Below, in pieces: positions 37,588-50,554 of a stretch of 64,000 nt of DNA. A program made the translations under genes and the position numbers. The stretch lies in contig JBBRLQ010000012.1 in the NCBI GenBank assembly GCA_038231275.1, positions 1 through 64,000 on the forward strand, given 5' to 3'. Every line of letters begins with the position of its first letter. The first letter of the stretch is position 1. Under the pieces are notes generated by a model. The model saw nothing but the letters and a program-made list of their open reading frames with translations. It searched no databases and was not told where the DNA came from. The DNA is from Polyangiales bacterium (lineage in GTDB: Bacteria > Myxococcota_A > Polyangia > Polyangiales > Polyangiaceae).

Positions 37588-38445
37588 GTGTCTTCCATCG
37601 ACGCTGATGTGAGAGTTAAGGCAGGTCCGAAAGGAACCGCCGTGGCGGACGGCAGTGGGGCGATCGTGATCGCCGCGCGTGGCGATCGATCCATCGTTGC
37701 GCGCGCGCGCGCCGAGAGTCCGCTCAAGCTCCTCTTCCCTCGCAACCACGGCAGCGCGCAGTGGGTGTTCACGGCGACGTACGGCGGCGGCCTCGTGGAC
37801 GGCGACGCGATCGCGCTCGACGTCGACGTGCTGGACGGCGCGGCGGCGCTCGTGTCGACGCAGTCGTCGACTAAGGTGTACCGCTCGCCGCGCGGCACGT
37901 CGCAAACGCTTCGGGGGCGCGTCGGAGAAGGCGCGCTGCTCGCGGTTCTGCCCGATCCGGTCGCGTGCTTCGCGGGCGCGCGATACGCGCAGCGCGCCGA
38001 GGTGACTCTGGCGGCCGGCGCCTCGCTGCTGTTCGTGGATTCGATGACGTGCGGGAGGGCGGCGCGCGGCGAGCGCTGGGACTTCGCGCGCTATGCGTCG
38101 CGCACGACGATCACGCGCGGCGGGCGCGCGCTCGCGATCGATGCCACCGTGCTCTCGCCCGACGACGGCGACCTACGCGCGCGCATGGGCCGCTTCGACG
38201 CGCTCGCGACGGCGTTCGCCTTCGGACCGCGCGCACGAGCGTCGCGCGACGCGCTGCTCGCGGTCGGCGCGGTCGACGCGCCCGTGCGAGGGGACGTCGT
38301 CGCGGCCGCCAGCCATCTCGGCGACGACGGCGCCGTCGTTCGCCTCGCCGCGACGAGCACGGCGGCCCTGCTGGCGGCGCTTCGACGCGCGCTCGCCCCC
38401 CTCGCCGAGGTCCTCGGCGACGATCCGTTCGCGCGAAAGTGGTGA
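37588..38445 (+). CDS. ureD: Urease accessory protein UreD
   Basis: PLKLL.P, YGGGLVDGD, STQSSTKVY, LPDPV.CF..A.Y.Q, GR.ARGERWDF. Confidence 0.9.
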   Translation: MSSIDADVRVKAGPKGTAVADGSGAIVIAARGDRSIVARARAESPLKLLFPRNHGSAQWVFTATYGGGLVDGDAIALDVDVLDGAAALVSTQSSTKVYRSPRGTSQTLRGRVGEGALLAVLPDPVACFAGARYAQRAEVTLAAGASLLFVDSMTCGRAARGERWDFARYASRTTITRGGRALAIDATVLSPDDGDLRARMGRFDALATAFAFGPRARASRDALLAVGAVDAPVRGDVVAAASHLGDDGAVVRLAATSTAALLAALRRALAPLAEVLGDDPFARKW

Positions 38446-38450
38446 TCACC

Positions 38451-39425
38451 TCATTGAAGCGCGCGCGGGCGACGACGCCACGTGACGCGCGTTGCAGGGC
38501 CGGACGTGCGCGAGATTTCGTCGATCTCGCGCGCAAACGCGTCGAGCTGCGAGAGGCTCCCGAGCTTCGGAACGATTAGGACCTCGCCATCGGACAGCGT
38601 CACGGGCGGCACCAGACGGCCTGGCGGCGCGGGCGCTCCGAGCGGGCGAAGCGCATCGACCTCGGGGCTGCGGCCCGGCGCGAGCTTCGCGGTCACGGCG
38701 CGGGCCGCGGCGCGCACATCGTCCGCGCGCGATCGCGACGAACCGGCGAGCGACGCGGCGTCGAGTGCCAGCGCGATTCGTGTCTCCGGCGTGCGCGCAC
38801 GCGCCCTCAGCGCCTCCAGCGCAACGTCGCACCCCTCCCCTTCGATCTTCACGACCGCCGCGGCCGCCAGCGGCCACGCCAAGAAACGCGCACGGTTCTC
38901 TCCCTCGTCGCGATCGCGCGCGACGCCGTCGCGAAAGAGCGCGAAGCACGGCGCGCCGGCGGGGGCCTCCGTGCACGACGCGCCGATCCCGACCGTCAGC
39001 GCGCCGTCGGACGAGGACGCGGTCCTTCGCGCGATGTAGTGCGCCGCCGTCAGCGTCGGCGCGAGGCGCTGCCTGACCGCGCGAACGGCCTCGTCGGGCG
39101 GCCCGTCCTCGAGGTCCTCTCCGAGCGGATTTTTGCGGATCTCCACGCGCGCAGCGAGGAGCCTCAGGCCTATCTCGAGCTCGGCGAGCTCGGCGTCGGA
39201 GAGCGCCGCGAGGGCGACGCCCATGACCTGCGCTTCGCCCTCCTCTCGTATCGCCGTTGGGGCGACCGCCCCGGCCGGCGTGATCCAAACGACCGGCGAG
39301 GCGATCCCGACGTTCGTGTCGTTCAGGTCGTTCGCGACGATCGGCGCGTGTCGAAGCGACGGGCGCACGAGCGCGAAGAGGCCCATCGCCGCAGCGACGA
39401 GCGCGCCCCACTTTCCCGGCGCCAC
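38451..39425 (-). CDS. Hypothetical protein with an N-terminal membrane anchor
   Basis: GAGGAG upstream of the GTG; hydrophobic N-terminus; co-oriented with upstream genes. Confidence 0.5.
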   Translation of the reverse strand: MAPGKWGALVAAAMGLFALVRPSLRHAPIVANDLNDTNVGIASPVVWITPAGAVAPTAIREEGEAQVMGVALAALSDAELAELEIGLRLLAARVEIRKNPLGEDLEDGPPDEAVRAVRQRLAPTLTAAHYIARRTASSSDGALTVGIGASCTEAPAGAPCFALFRDGVARDRDEGENRARFLAWPLAAAAVVKIEGEGCDVALEALRARARTPETRIALALDAASLAGSSRSRADDVRAAARAVTAKLAPGRSPEVDALRPLGAPAPPGRLVPPVTLSDGEVLIVPKLGSLSQLDAFAREIDEISRTSGPATRVTWRRRPRALQ

Positions 39426-39429
39426 CTCC

Positions 39430-40140
39430 TCACCCCTGATGGCGGCGGCGCGCCGCGAACTCGCCGCCGGTGCCCGTCGTGCCGCTGGCGAGCGTGTCCG
39501 TGACGTGCGCCGTGAAGCTCCCGGTGAGCGTGCCGGCGCTGGCGCAGCTGACCTTGAAGTCGTTCCCGTGGAAGGTGGCGTCACACGACGCGGCCCCCTG
39601 CGAGAGGTGCCATACTCCGCCGAGATCGCCGAAGCTCGAGGCCAACGTGCTCACGCGCGTGCCCACGAGGCTTCCCCTGATGGCCACGTGCCACCACGCG
39701 GCGTCCACGTACGTGCAGCTCGCCGCGAGGCCGCCCGCCCCGAGCTGCGCATCACAGCGCTCCCCGGCGCCGCGCCCCGTCCCCGTGAGGGCCCACGTGC
39801 CTCCGACGTCGAGCGGAAAGGCGCCGGTGTCGAGCGGTGCGGACGCGCGGGAGAGGTCGATCACGTGGACCCCGGAGGCGCTCCGCGACGTGAGCGTCAT
39901 CGCGTCACCTGCGCCGCGCAGCTCGAGAGTATTTTCGCCGACCGTAAGCTCCACGTGCGACCTCTCGAGGACGAGCGTGCCAGTGGTCGACGACGCGGCG
40001 CTGGGCGTCGCCGTGAGATCCCACGTGCCGGAGAGGGCCGACGCGGCGAGCGGGGCCTCGCTCGAGCCGTCGACGAGAGTGCCTCCACACGAAATCGCAG
40101 CGAGACCGATGACGAGAAAAGGAAGAAGCATGGGCCGCAT
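39430..40140 (-). CDS. Putative lipoprotein with repeated GxW beta-strand units
   Basis: GGAGG RBS; lipobox AISC; three G.W.L repeats. Confidence 0.65.
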   Translation of the reverse strand: MRPMLLPFLVIGLAAISCGGTLVDGSSEAPLAASALSGTWDLTATPSAASSTTGTLVLERSHVELTVGENTLELRGAGDAMTLTSRSASGVHVIDLSRASAPLDTGAFPLDVGGTWALTGTGRGAGERCDAQLGAGGLAASCTYVDAAWWHVAIRGSLVGTRVSTLASSFGDLGGVWHLSQGAASCDATFHGNDFKVSCASAGTLTGSFTAHVTDTLASGTTGTGGEFAARRRHQG

Positions 40141-40310
40141 GGGCACCTCCATATTCGAAGACCTCGCACGCACTGCAAACGTCGCGCCGCTCGAGCTCGC
40201 GCCGATTGATCGCGATTTCGTCGTCGCGCGCGACACGTGGGCGCGATCGCGCGGCGCAGAGCACGACGGGGGCGCCATAGCGCAGTGGCGCATCACGGTA
40301 CGCACGGCGA

Positions 40311-40889
40311 TCATCCTTTGATGAACCGCGCGACGACCGGGCGCGGCATGGATCCGTGGACCGCGCCGGGCGCCCATTTCATCTCCAGCGGACCGCCGGC
40401 GAACGTGACGAGATAACTCGGCGTGGAGAGGATGTTGGGCCCGAACGCCAACACGAAGGTGTCCGGGTAGCAGCACGACAAGTCTTTCCCCCACGAAAAC
40501 GTTCCCTGGCGTGAGGCGTCGCGCGAGAAGACGTTGGCGCCATCGGGGACGAGCGCGAAGAACTGACCGCTCGGCAAGAGCTCGATCGCCGCGGGCGCCG
40601 TCGGGTCGGACGCCTCGCAGAGGAACCAGCGGCCATCGAGAAGAGCGCGCGCGGCCAGCCCGGTCTCGGGCTCCGGAGCGCTCGGCGTCGCCGCGCAGCG
40701 ACGCGCGACGGCGCCGAGATCGACGGGCGCGGCGGGGTTCACGTTCGAAACGCGCGCGTCGTCGTAGCCGACGTCGAGCGACTGCCCGCCGCACGCGCCG
40801 GCGCACGCGACGCATGCGGCCGCGACGATGCCTCCCACGGTCTTTCTCGTCGCAGTGCGCATCACGGGAGTGCTTGGGGACAGGGTCAT
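40311..40889 (-). CDS. Putative lipoprotein
   Basis: Lipobox AGAC; GRWFLC; downstream of the ECF/anti-sigma pair. Confidence 0.6.
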   Translation of the reverse strand: MTLSPSTPVMRTATRKTVGGIVAAACVACAGACGGQSLDVGYDDARVSNVNPAAPVDLGAVARRCAATPSAPEPETGLAARALLDGRWFLCEASDPTAPAAIELLPSGQFFALVPDGANVFSRDASRQGTFSWGKDLSCCYPDTFVLAFGPNILSTPSYLVTFAGGPLEMKWAPGAVHGSMPRPVVARFIKG

Positions 40890-40907
40890 CGCGTCATTTC
40901 CAAATCG

Positions 40908-41639
40908 TCATTGCGGCATCGACGCGAGCGTCGCGTTGACGGAGCCTAGGGAGACCGAGCGCGGGAATCGCTCGCGAAACCGCTCCCCGCGCGCGCGCGC
41001 TTCGGTGTAGCGGGCTGCCGCGGCGAGCGCTTTCACGGCGAGGGCCTCGCGCTCCTCGGCCAGCGCCCCTTGCGGGTAGGTGCGCTCGTGACGCTCGACC
41101 GCCAGGAGGGCCGCGTCGGGCTCACCGCGCGCCAGCGCCGCGCGCGCGCCGTCGAGGAGCATGCGTTCGGCCGCGAGCCCACGCGCGTCGATGACGGGGA
41201 CCGACGGCGCCGGCGCGCGGGCCGTCGCGGCGTTCGCGGGCGACGGGGCCACCGATGGCGACGGTGGCACGTCGAGGATTTCGAGGACCGTGCTCGACGG
41301 CCCTGGCACGACGCGCTCGACGTAGGTGACGCGCGCCGGTGGAGTTGGCGTCGACGCGCGCATCCCGAGCGCGCCGACCGTCACGCCGACGAGCAGCGCG
41401 CCAACCAGGCCGGCGACCGGATGTGCACCCATCGTGCGCGCAAGGGACGACCGAGCGCCGCCGTCATCCACACCGCCACCACCGCCACCGTCACCGCCAC
41501 CGCCTGAGGGCGGCAGCAGCGCGATCCTCGCCTCCACCGCGCCCAGCACGCGCGCGCGGAGCTCGTCGGGCGGCGCGGGCGCGAAGCCTTTCTCGGCCGC
41601 CACGAGCGCGGCGAGCTCTTCGTCGATCGGATCGGTCAC
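40908..41639 (-). CDS. Putative anti-sigma factor (single TM, Pro-rich linker, C-terminal TPR-like helices)
   Basis: GTG overlaps the sigma stop. LAAER.LL..AR.AL..G...HERTYPQG.LAEERE..F..RFP.S. Confidence 0.7.
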   Translation of the reverse strand: MTDPIDEELAALVAAEKGFAPAPPDELRARVLGAVEARIALLPPSGGGGDGGGGGGVDDGGARSSLARTMGAHPVAGLVGALLVGVTVGALGMRASTPTPPARVTYVERVVPGPSSTVLEILDVPPSPSVAPSPANAATARAPAPSVPVIDARGLAAERMLLDGARAALARGEPDAALLAVERHERTYPQGALAEEREALAVKALAAAARYTEARARGERFRERFPRSVSLGSVNATLASMPQ

Positions 41640-42187
41640 GGGTGCCGCACCTTTCTCGCGCCGCCGAGACGTCGGGCGGCGGCCGCGACGTCGGCCCGCG
41701 CGCTCCGCAAGCGCGAGCTCACGGTGCCGTCCGGAATACCGAGCGCCTGGGCCACCTCGGCGGTCGTCAGCTCCTCGAGATCGTGGAGCACGAACACCGA
41801 CCGGCGATCGGCGTCCAGCGTATCGAGCGCCTCCGCCAGGAGCTCGCGCTGGCGGGCGCGGTCGAGCGCGTTCTCGGGAGCGCTCGAGGGGGCCGCGGCA
41901 TCCGGCTGCTCGCCGAGGATTTCGGCGCGGTGGCGCGCGAGACGCCGGTGCTCCGACGCCACGCGCGCCGCAAACGCGCATAGCCAGGGGCGCGCAGGAC
42001 GCGCGGAGTCGTAGGTGCCAATCGCCTTGTACACGCGGAAAAATACCTCGTTCGCGAGGTCCTCGCGGTCCGCCTCGGCCACACCGAGACGTCGCAGGAC
42101 GTTCCACACGAAGCCGAAGTTCTCGGAAAAGAGGGCGCGAAAGACGACCGCCACCTCCTCTACTTGGCGCGTGGTGGGCTGGCTCAT
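41636..42187 (-). CDS. ECF RNA polymerase sigma-70 factor
   Basis: Region 2 FVWNVLRRLG..EDLANEVF..RPWL; region 4 FVLHDLEE...GTVSSRL. Confidence 0.92.
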   Translation of the reverse strand: MSQPTTRQVEEVAVVFRALFSENFGFVWNVLRRLGVAEADREDLANEVFFRVYKAIGTYDSARPARPWLCAFAARVASEHRRLARHRAEILGEQPDAAAPSSAPENALDRARQRELLAEALDTLDADRRSVFVLHDLEELTTAEVAQALGIPDGTVSSRLRSARADVAAAARRLGGARKVRHP

Positions 42188-43200
42188 CGAAAAATCTGCA
42201 CGCCAAGGCCGACGCCGACGTCGAACGACACCGAGGGCGCCGTGAAGACGAGCGCGCCGTTCATGTAAGCACGGTGAGGCGTGAAGGAGCCGAGGCCGGA
42301 GAGTGCGCCGAACGCGTAGACGGGGCCCGCGAGGGCAACCGCCGCGCCGAACCGCGCGCCGGCACCCGTGAACAAGGCCGCCGCGGATCGAGGCGCGCTC
42401 ACCTCGCTCGTCGTGGCGCGAAATGAACCGAGCGCGCCGAGGACGCACGCGAACGGACGCCACCTCTCGCCGACGAGAACGCCGCACGCGCTCGCGACGA
42501 TGAGCGCGCGCGAGGCCTCCACGCGCCCGCCCCCTGGAATCGCGTCGGACGCGGGCAGCTCGTAGTGTCCATCGACGCCGAGGGACCAGAACCTCCCGAC
42601 CACGCGCGCGCCGAGGCTGCCCCCGAGCGTCGGCGACGGCGCGCCCGCCGCGACACCGTGCCCTCCGAGCTCCAACGCAAGGCCGAGCGTGCGCGGAGCT
42701 TCCGGAGCGGCTGGCCCCGGGTCGGGCGACGCGGTCGCGGCGGGGGGCGTGACCGGCGCGGCAGGCGAGGGCTCCGCGAGCGGCGGCGTCGACGGGGCTG
42801 GGTCCGGCGCAGGCGCGGACGGCGCAGGCGTATCGAGATCGTCGATCGCGATGCTGATCGCGAGCGCGAGGCTCTTCACCACCTCGCCGCAGTCGCTCGT
42901 CGTGGACGGAAGCGCGCGCTCGCCGAGCGACACGCCGGCGTCGTCGAGGATCTTGAGCTCGGCCGAATAGCCGCTCGGTCCTTTCTGGATCTGCGCCACG
43001 ATCGTCCGGTTCGCGGTCGGAAAAAACGGATCGTAGCCCAGTCGATCGGCGACGGCGCGCCGCAGCGTGGCCTCGTCGGGGCACCCTTGCGCGCCGGGCC
43101 CGCGGACGTACGTGAGGCGCGACGTCGGCGACGCGCGCGCGGATCCCGTGACGGCGACGGTCGCGACGGCCGCCACGAGCAGGGCGAGACCGCCTCTCAT
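42184..43200 (-). CDS. Exported protein with an N-terminal Cys-containing domain, Pro-rich linker and C-terminal beta-barrel-like domain
   Basis: Signal peptide (ARA); CPDE..L; amphipathic beta strands; stop overlaps the sigma start. Confidence 0.65.
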   Translation of the reverse strand: MRGGLALLVAAVATVAVTGSARASPTSRLTYVRGPGAQGCPDEATLRRAVADRLGYDPFFPTANRTIVAQIQKGPSGYSAELKILDDAGVSLGERALPSTTSDCGEVVKSLALAISIAIDDLDTPAPSAPAPDPAPSTPPLAEPSPAAPVTPPAATASPDPGPAAPEAPRTLGLALELGGHGVAAGAPSPTLGGSLGARVVGRFWSLGVDGHYELPASDAIPGGGRVEASRALIVASACGVLVGERWRPFACVLGALGSFRATTSEVSAPRSAAALFTGAGARFGAAVALAGPVYAFGALSGLGSFTPHRAYMNGALVFTAPSVSFDVGVGLGVQIFR

Positions 43201-43288
43201 CGACGTTGGACGCTAGACGAATCTCCCGCGGCGCGCACGGGGAAGCAGAAAGGCAAATGAGCGACGGCCCTCGCCGCCAAGCGAGGGT

Positions 43289-44521
<1,233 letters not shown>

Positions 44522-44590
44522 TCGCGCTCCCCACGCGCTCTCAACGCAGCGCATCAATTCGAAAGAGAAGCGCGTTAGAGTGGCCGCGCC

Positions 44591-45252
44591 ATGCACCTCT
44601 CTCCTCGCGATCTCGACAAGCTGATCCTGCACGGCGCGGGCGTGCTCGCGCAGAAGCGCCTCGCGCGTGGCCTTCGCCTCAACTACCCCGAGACGATCGC
44701 CCTCCTCGCGACGCAGCTCCTCGAGCTCATTCGCGACGGCCGCTCGGTCGCGGAGCTGATGGACCTTGGCCGGCGCATGCTCGGCCGCGCGAACGTGATG
44801 CCCGGCGTCGGCGCGATGATCCACGAGGTTCAAGTCGAGGGCACGTTCCCCGACGGCACGAAGCTCGTGACCGTGCACGAGCCGATCGCGCTCGATCATG
44901 GAGACCTCGCGCTCGCCTTGCATGGCTCGTTCTTGCCGATCCCGCCGGCCTCGTCGTTCCCGTTCGACGCGGCGAAGGAAGACCCCGTCACGCCGGGCGC
45001 GTTCGAGGTGAAGCCCGGCACTATCGAGCTGAACCCCGGCCGCCCTGCGACGCAGCTCTCCGTGAAAAATACTGGGGATCGTCCCATCCAGGTCGGCAGC
45101 CACTACCCCTTCGCCGACACGAACTCCGCGCTCCACTTCGATCGCGCGGAGGCGCAGGGCAAGCGCCTCGACATCCCCGCCGGCACCGCCATCCGCTTCG
45201 AGCCCGGCGACGAGCGCACCGTCGACCTCATTCCGTGCGCGGGAGCTGCGCC

Positions 45253-45256
<4 letters not shown>
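44591..45256 (+). CDS. ureA: Urease fused gamma-beta subunit
   Basis: [11 protein letters not shown]...[12 protein letters not shown]...[14 protein letters not shown] (gamma) joined to [14 protein letters not shown]...[15 protein letters not shown] (beta). Confidence 0.95.
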
Positions 45257-46968
<1,712 letters not shown>

Positions 46969-46982
46969 CGTATGCTCGTTGG

Positions 46983-47636
46983 ATGCGGCGAGGGGTGCGT
47001 CTCGCGTTCGCGACCGTGACGATCGGCTTCGGCGCCGCGTGTGGGCTGACGTTGAGCGGTTCCGGAGATCTCGCGCCAGACGACGCGGGCTCGAGCGGAT
47101 CGTACGAGGCGGCGGCGCTCGGGCCGGCGAGTGACGGGACCGTGCCCACGGGCGCCGCCGACGGCGCGAGCACGAACGACGCGTCGGGGGACGCCGCGGG
47201 CGGAAGCGACGCCAGAGGAGGGAGCGACGCCTCTTCGAAAGACGCCGCCGACGCGGCTCCCGGCACCGACGCAAATCCCCCGCCCGATGCGCGGAACGAC
47301 ACGGGTACGACGAACACCATCACGTGCCCGAGCGGCGGCACCGTCTCCGACTGCGCGCAATGCAGCGGCAATCCGCTGCTCTGCGCGATGTGCAAAACCA
47401 GCTCGGTCGAGTACATCTGCGTCCCGCCGGGCTCGTCGTGCTACGCCGACTACCGCACGTCCGGCTACGACTGGTGCCGGTGCTCGCCGGGCAACCCGTC
47501 GTCGTGCGTTCTCCCGCAGCAAGAGTGCAACACGTACGACGGCGGCGTGTGCGTCACCTGCGGAGAGCGCCAGACGCAAGGCTTCCCCTGCAAGAGCGGC
47601 GGGTCGTGCAACGAGTCCGCGGCCAAGTGCCAGTAG
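46983..47636 (+). CDS. Cys-rich lipoprotein
   Basis: Lipobox GAAC, Asp/Ala/Gly linker, Cys-rich C-terminus; sits between ureC and ureF. Confidence 0.7.
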   Translation: MRRGVRLAFATVTIGFGAACGLTLSGSGDLAPDDAGSSGSYEAAALGPASDGTVPTGAADGASTNDASGDAAGGSDARGGSDASSKDAADAAPGTDANPPPDARNDTGTTNTITCPSGGTVSDCAQCSGNPLLCAMCKTSSVEYICVPPGSSCYADYRTSGYDWCRCSPGNPSSCVLPQQECNTYDGGVCVTCGERQTQGFPCKSGGSCNESAAKCQ

Positions 47637-47729
47637 CCGCGGCGGTCCTTGGTGTCAGCGCGCATCTCCCTCGCGCCGCGGTAGGCGCTTGCCGATGGAC
47701 AGGCCACGTGCGAAAGCTGGGGCACGCGC

Positions 47730-48389
47730 ATGCGCTGGCTCCTGCTGCAGCTCGCCGACTCGGCGTTCCCAACGGGAGGATTTGCGCACTCCGCGGGGCT
47801 CGAGGCCGCGGTCCACCTCGGTGAGGTGACGACGTCGGCCGAGCTGGCGGCGTTCGTCGACGACGCGATCTCGCAGGCCGGCCACTTCGCGCTGCCCTTC
47901 GTGGGAGCGGCGCACGATGATCCCGCGCGCCTCGCGGAGCTCGACGAGACGTGCGATGCGCAGCTCACGAGCCACGTCGCCAATCGCGCGAGCCGAACCC
48001 AGGGCCGTTCGTTCGCAGCCACGTGCGCGCGCGTGTTCGATGCGCCGTCGCTCGCGCCCATCGACGAGGCCTGCCGAACGCGCGCGCTGCATGCGCACCT
48101 CGCGCCGGTGCTCGGGGCCGCGATGCGCGCCGTCGACGTTGCGCGCGACGATGCACTGACGCTTCATCTCCATGGGGTCGTGCGCGGCCTCGCGTCTGCG
48201 GCGGTGCGCCTCGGGATCGTCGGACCGCACGAAGCGCAGCGCCTCGTCCACGCGCGCGGGGCGACGATGGATCGCGTCCTCGTCGCGTGCGCAGCTCTCG
48301 CACCCGAGGACGCGCACCAGACCGCGCCGCTCCTGGACATTTTCGGGGGAACCCACGATCGCCTCTATTCGCGCCTCTTTCAGTCCTGA
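47730..48389 (+). CDS. ureF: Urease accessory protein UreF
   Basis: LQLADSAFPTGGFAHSAGLE, AS..QG, H..LYSRLFQS. Confidence 0.95.
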   Translation: MRWLLLQLADSAFPTGGFAHSAGLEAAVHLGEVTTSAELAAFVDDAISQAGHFALPFVGAAHDDPARLAELDETCDAQLTSHVANRASRTQGRSFAATCARVFDAPSLAPIDEACRTRALHAHLAPVLGAAMRAVDVARDDALTLHLHGVVRGLASAAVRLGIVGPHEAQRLVHARGATMDRVLVACAALAPEDAHQTAPLLDIFGGTHDRLYSRLFQS

Positions 48390-48395
48390 GGTTCC

Positions 48396-49127
48396 ATGGG
48401 CCACGACCACGATCACGACCACGACCATCCCCACGACCACGTGCACGAGCGGCTCGCGCATCCGGGGCTGTTTCGTGACCGGGCTCCGGCGCGACCGAGG
48501 GAGTTCGGGAAGCGCGCGTTCACCGTGGGGATCGGAGGGCCGGTAGGGAGCGGGAAGACGGCGCTCGTCCTCGCGCTCTGCAAGAGACTGCGCGACGGCG
48601 TGCGTCTCGGCGTCGTCACGAACGACATCTTCACGCGCGAGGACGCGGAGTTCTTGCAGCGCAACGACGCACTCGCGCACGAGCGCATTCGCGCCGTCGA
48701 GACCGGTGGCTGCCCCCACGCCGCGATCCGCGAGGACATCAGCCACAACCTCGACGCGCTCGAGCAGCTCCACATCGACGCCGCGCCCGAGCTCCTCCTT
48801 CTGGAGAGCGGCGGCGACAACCTGGCGGCGCAGTTCAGCCGCGAGCTCGTCGACTACACGATCTACGTCATCGACGTGGCAGGCGGCGACAAGGTGCCGC
48901 GCAAGGGCGGGCCGGGGATCACGCAGAGCGATCTCCTCGTCATCAACAAGATCGATCTCGCCCCGCACGTCGGCGCGAGCCTCGACGTGATGAAACGCGA
49001 CTCCGAGCGGATGCGCCAGGGGGGGCCGTTCGTCTTTGCGCAGTGCCGAGAGGGGACGGGGATCGACGAGATCGCGCGCCGGGTGCTCGCGGCGCGAACC
49101 GACGCACTCGGCCAGTCGCGCACGTGA
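48396..49127 (+). CDS. ureG: Urease accessory GTPase UreG with a His-rich N-terminus
   Basis: [33 protein letters not shown]-terminal [13 protein letters not shown]. Confidence 0.97.
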   Translation: MGHDHDHDHDHPHDHVHERLAHPGLFRDRAPARPREFGKRAFTVGIGGPVGSGKTALVLALCKRLRDGVRLGVVTNDIFTREDAEFLQRNDALAHERIRAVETGGCPHAAIREDISHNLDALEQLHIDAAPELLLLESGGDNLAAQFSRELVDYTIYVIDVAGGDKVPRKGGPGITQSDLLVINKIDLAPHVGASLDVMKRDSERMRQGGPFVFAQCREGTGIDEIARRVLAARTDALGQSRT

Positions 49128-50035
49128 GCTCCACGCTGACCGCGCTGCTCGAGGAGACGACACCGCCGCCCGCGTCGGCCGACGTCCACGCATACCTCGC
49201 CCATCTCGCCGCGCTCCCCAAAACGCTCGGCACCGTTGAGCGCGCGGCGCGTGCCGGTGCGCTCGCGGATCGGCTCGGGTTCGCGTTCGCCGGCGGCTAC
49301 CACGCGGCGCTGAACCGACTCTGTCCTAGCGTCGTTCGGGCGTGCCTGTGCGCGACCGAGTCGGGCGGCGGCCACCCGCGCGCGATGAAGACGCGCCTCA
49401 CGGTGCGCGAGGACGGCGAGGGCTTCGCACTGTCGGGCACCAAGACGTTCGCCACGCTGGCACGCGCCGCGACGACGCTGCTCGTCGTCGCCAGCGTCGG
49501 CGAGAAGGCGGGCAAGAACGATCTCCGCGTCGTTCGCCTCCCGGCCGATCGCGAAGGTGTAGAGTACACAGATCTTCCGCCGACGCGGTTCGCCCCTGAA
49601 ATCCCGCACGCCGTGCTCCGCTTCGACGGGACGCGCGTGGAGGCGGACGAGGTCCTGGAGGGCGACGGCTACGACACGTACCTGAAGCCGTTTCGCACGA
49701 TCGAGGACGTTCACGTGCTCGCCGCGGCGATCGGGTACGTCGTACGAACGGGCCGCGCGTACGGCTTCGCGCGCGAGACGATCGAGGCGCTCTTCGCGCA
49801 CCTGGCGGCGCTGATGGCGCTCGGCGAAGCGCCGCCGCTCGATCGAGGGGCGCACGTCGCGCTCGCTGGCGTCCTCTCGTCGGTCCGCGCGACGCTCGCC
49901 GACGCCGCGCCGCACTGGGCCGGCGCGCCCGACGACGTGCAGCAGCGATGGCTCCGAGACGCGCCCCTGCTCCACGTCGCCGATCGCGTCCGCGCGGCAC
50001 GCACGGACGCGGCGTGGGAGCCGAAGGCGCGATAA
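49124..50035 (+). CDS. Short acyl-CoA dehydrogenase-like protein
   Basis: [33 protein letters not shown] overlap with ureG. Confidence 0.75.
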   Translation: MSSTLTALLEETTPPPASADVHAYLAHLAALPKTLGTVERAARAGALADRLGFAFAGGYHAALNRLCPSVVRACLCATESGGGHPRAMKTRLTVREDGEGFALSGTKTFATLARAATTLLVVASVGEKAGKNDLRVVRLPADREGVEYTDLPPTRFAPEIPHAVLRFDGTRVEADEVLEGDGYDTYLKPFRTIEDVHVLAAAIGYVVRTGRAYGFARETIEALFAHLAALMALGEAPPLDRGAHVALAGVLSSVRATLADAAPHWAGAPDDVQQRWLRDAPLLHVADRVRAARTDAAWEPKAR

Positions 50036-50038
50036 GCT

Positions 50039-50554
50039 GTGGACTCGATGCCGAACGCGACCTTCCGCACGATCCGCCGTGAAGACGATGCCGCCGTGGC
50101 CTCCATCATCCGTACCGTCATGCCGGAGTTCGGCGCGAGCGGCCCCGGCTTCGCGATCCTCGATCCCGAGGTCGACGCGATGACCGCCGCCTACTCGGGT
50201 CCGCGCAGCGTCTACTACGTCGCCCTTAGCGGCGCGCGCGTGGTCGGCGGCGGCGGCGTGGGCCCGCTCTTCGGCGCGGACGCGGACGTGTGCGAGCTCC
50301 GCAAGATGTACTTCCTCACCGAAGCGCGGGGCACCGGGGCCGGCAAGGCGCTCCTCGCCGAGTGCATCGTCGCCGCTCGCGGCCTCGGATACCGCACGAT
50401 GTACCTCGAGACGCTGACCGGCATGGACGCCGCGCGCACGCTCTACGAAAAGGCCGGATTTGCCCGCCTCGACGCGCCGATGGGGAAGACCGGCCATTTC
50501 GGGTGCAACCGCTTCTATGCCCTCTCGTTGTCGGCGGAAGGGAGCGCGACGTGA
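50039..50554 (+). CDS. GNAT family N-acetyltransferase
   Basis: ELRKMYF..EARG.GAG, YLET, LYEKAGF. Confidence 0.9.
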   Translation: MDSMPNATFRTIRREDDAAVASIIRTVMPEFGASGPGFAILDPEVDAMTAAYSGPRSVYYVALSGARVVGGGGVGPLFGADADVCELRKMYFLTEARGTGAGKALLAECIVAARGLGYRTMYLETLTGMDAARTLYEKAGFARLDAPMGKTGHFGCNRFYALSLSAEGSAT

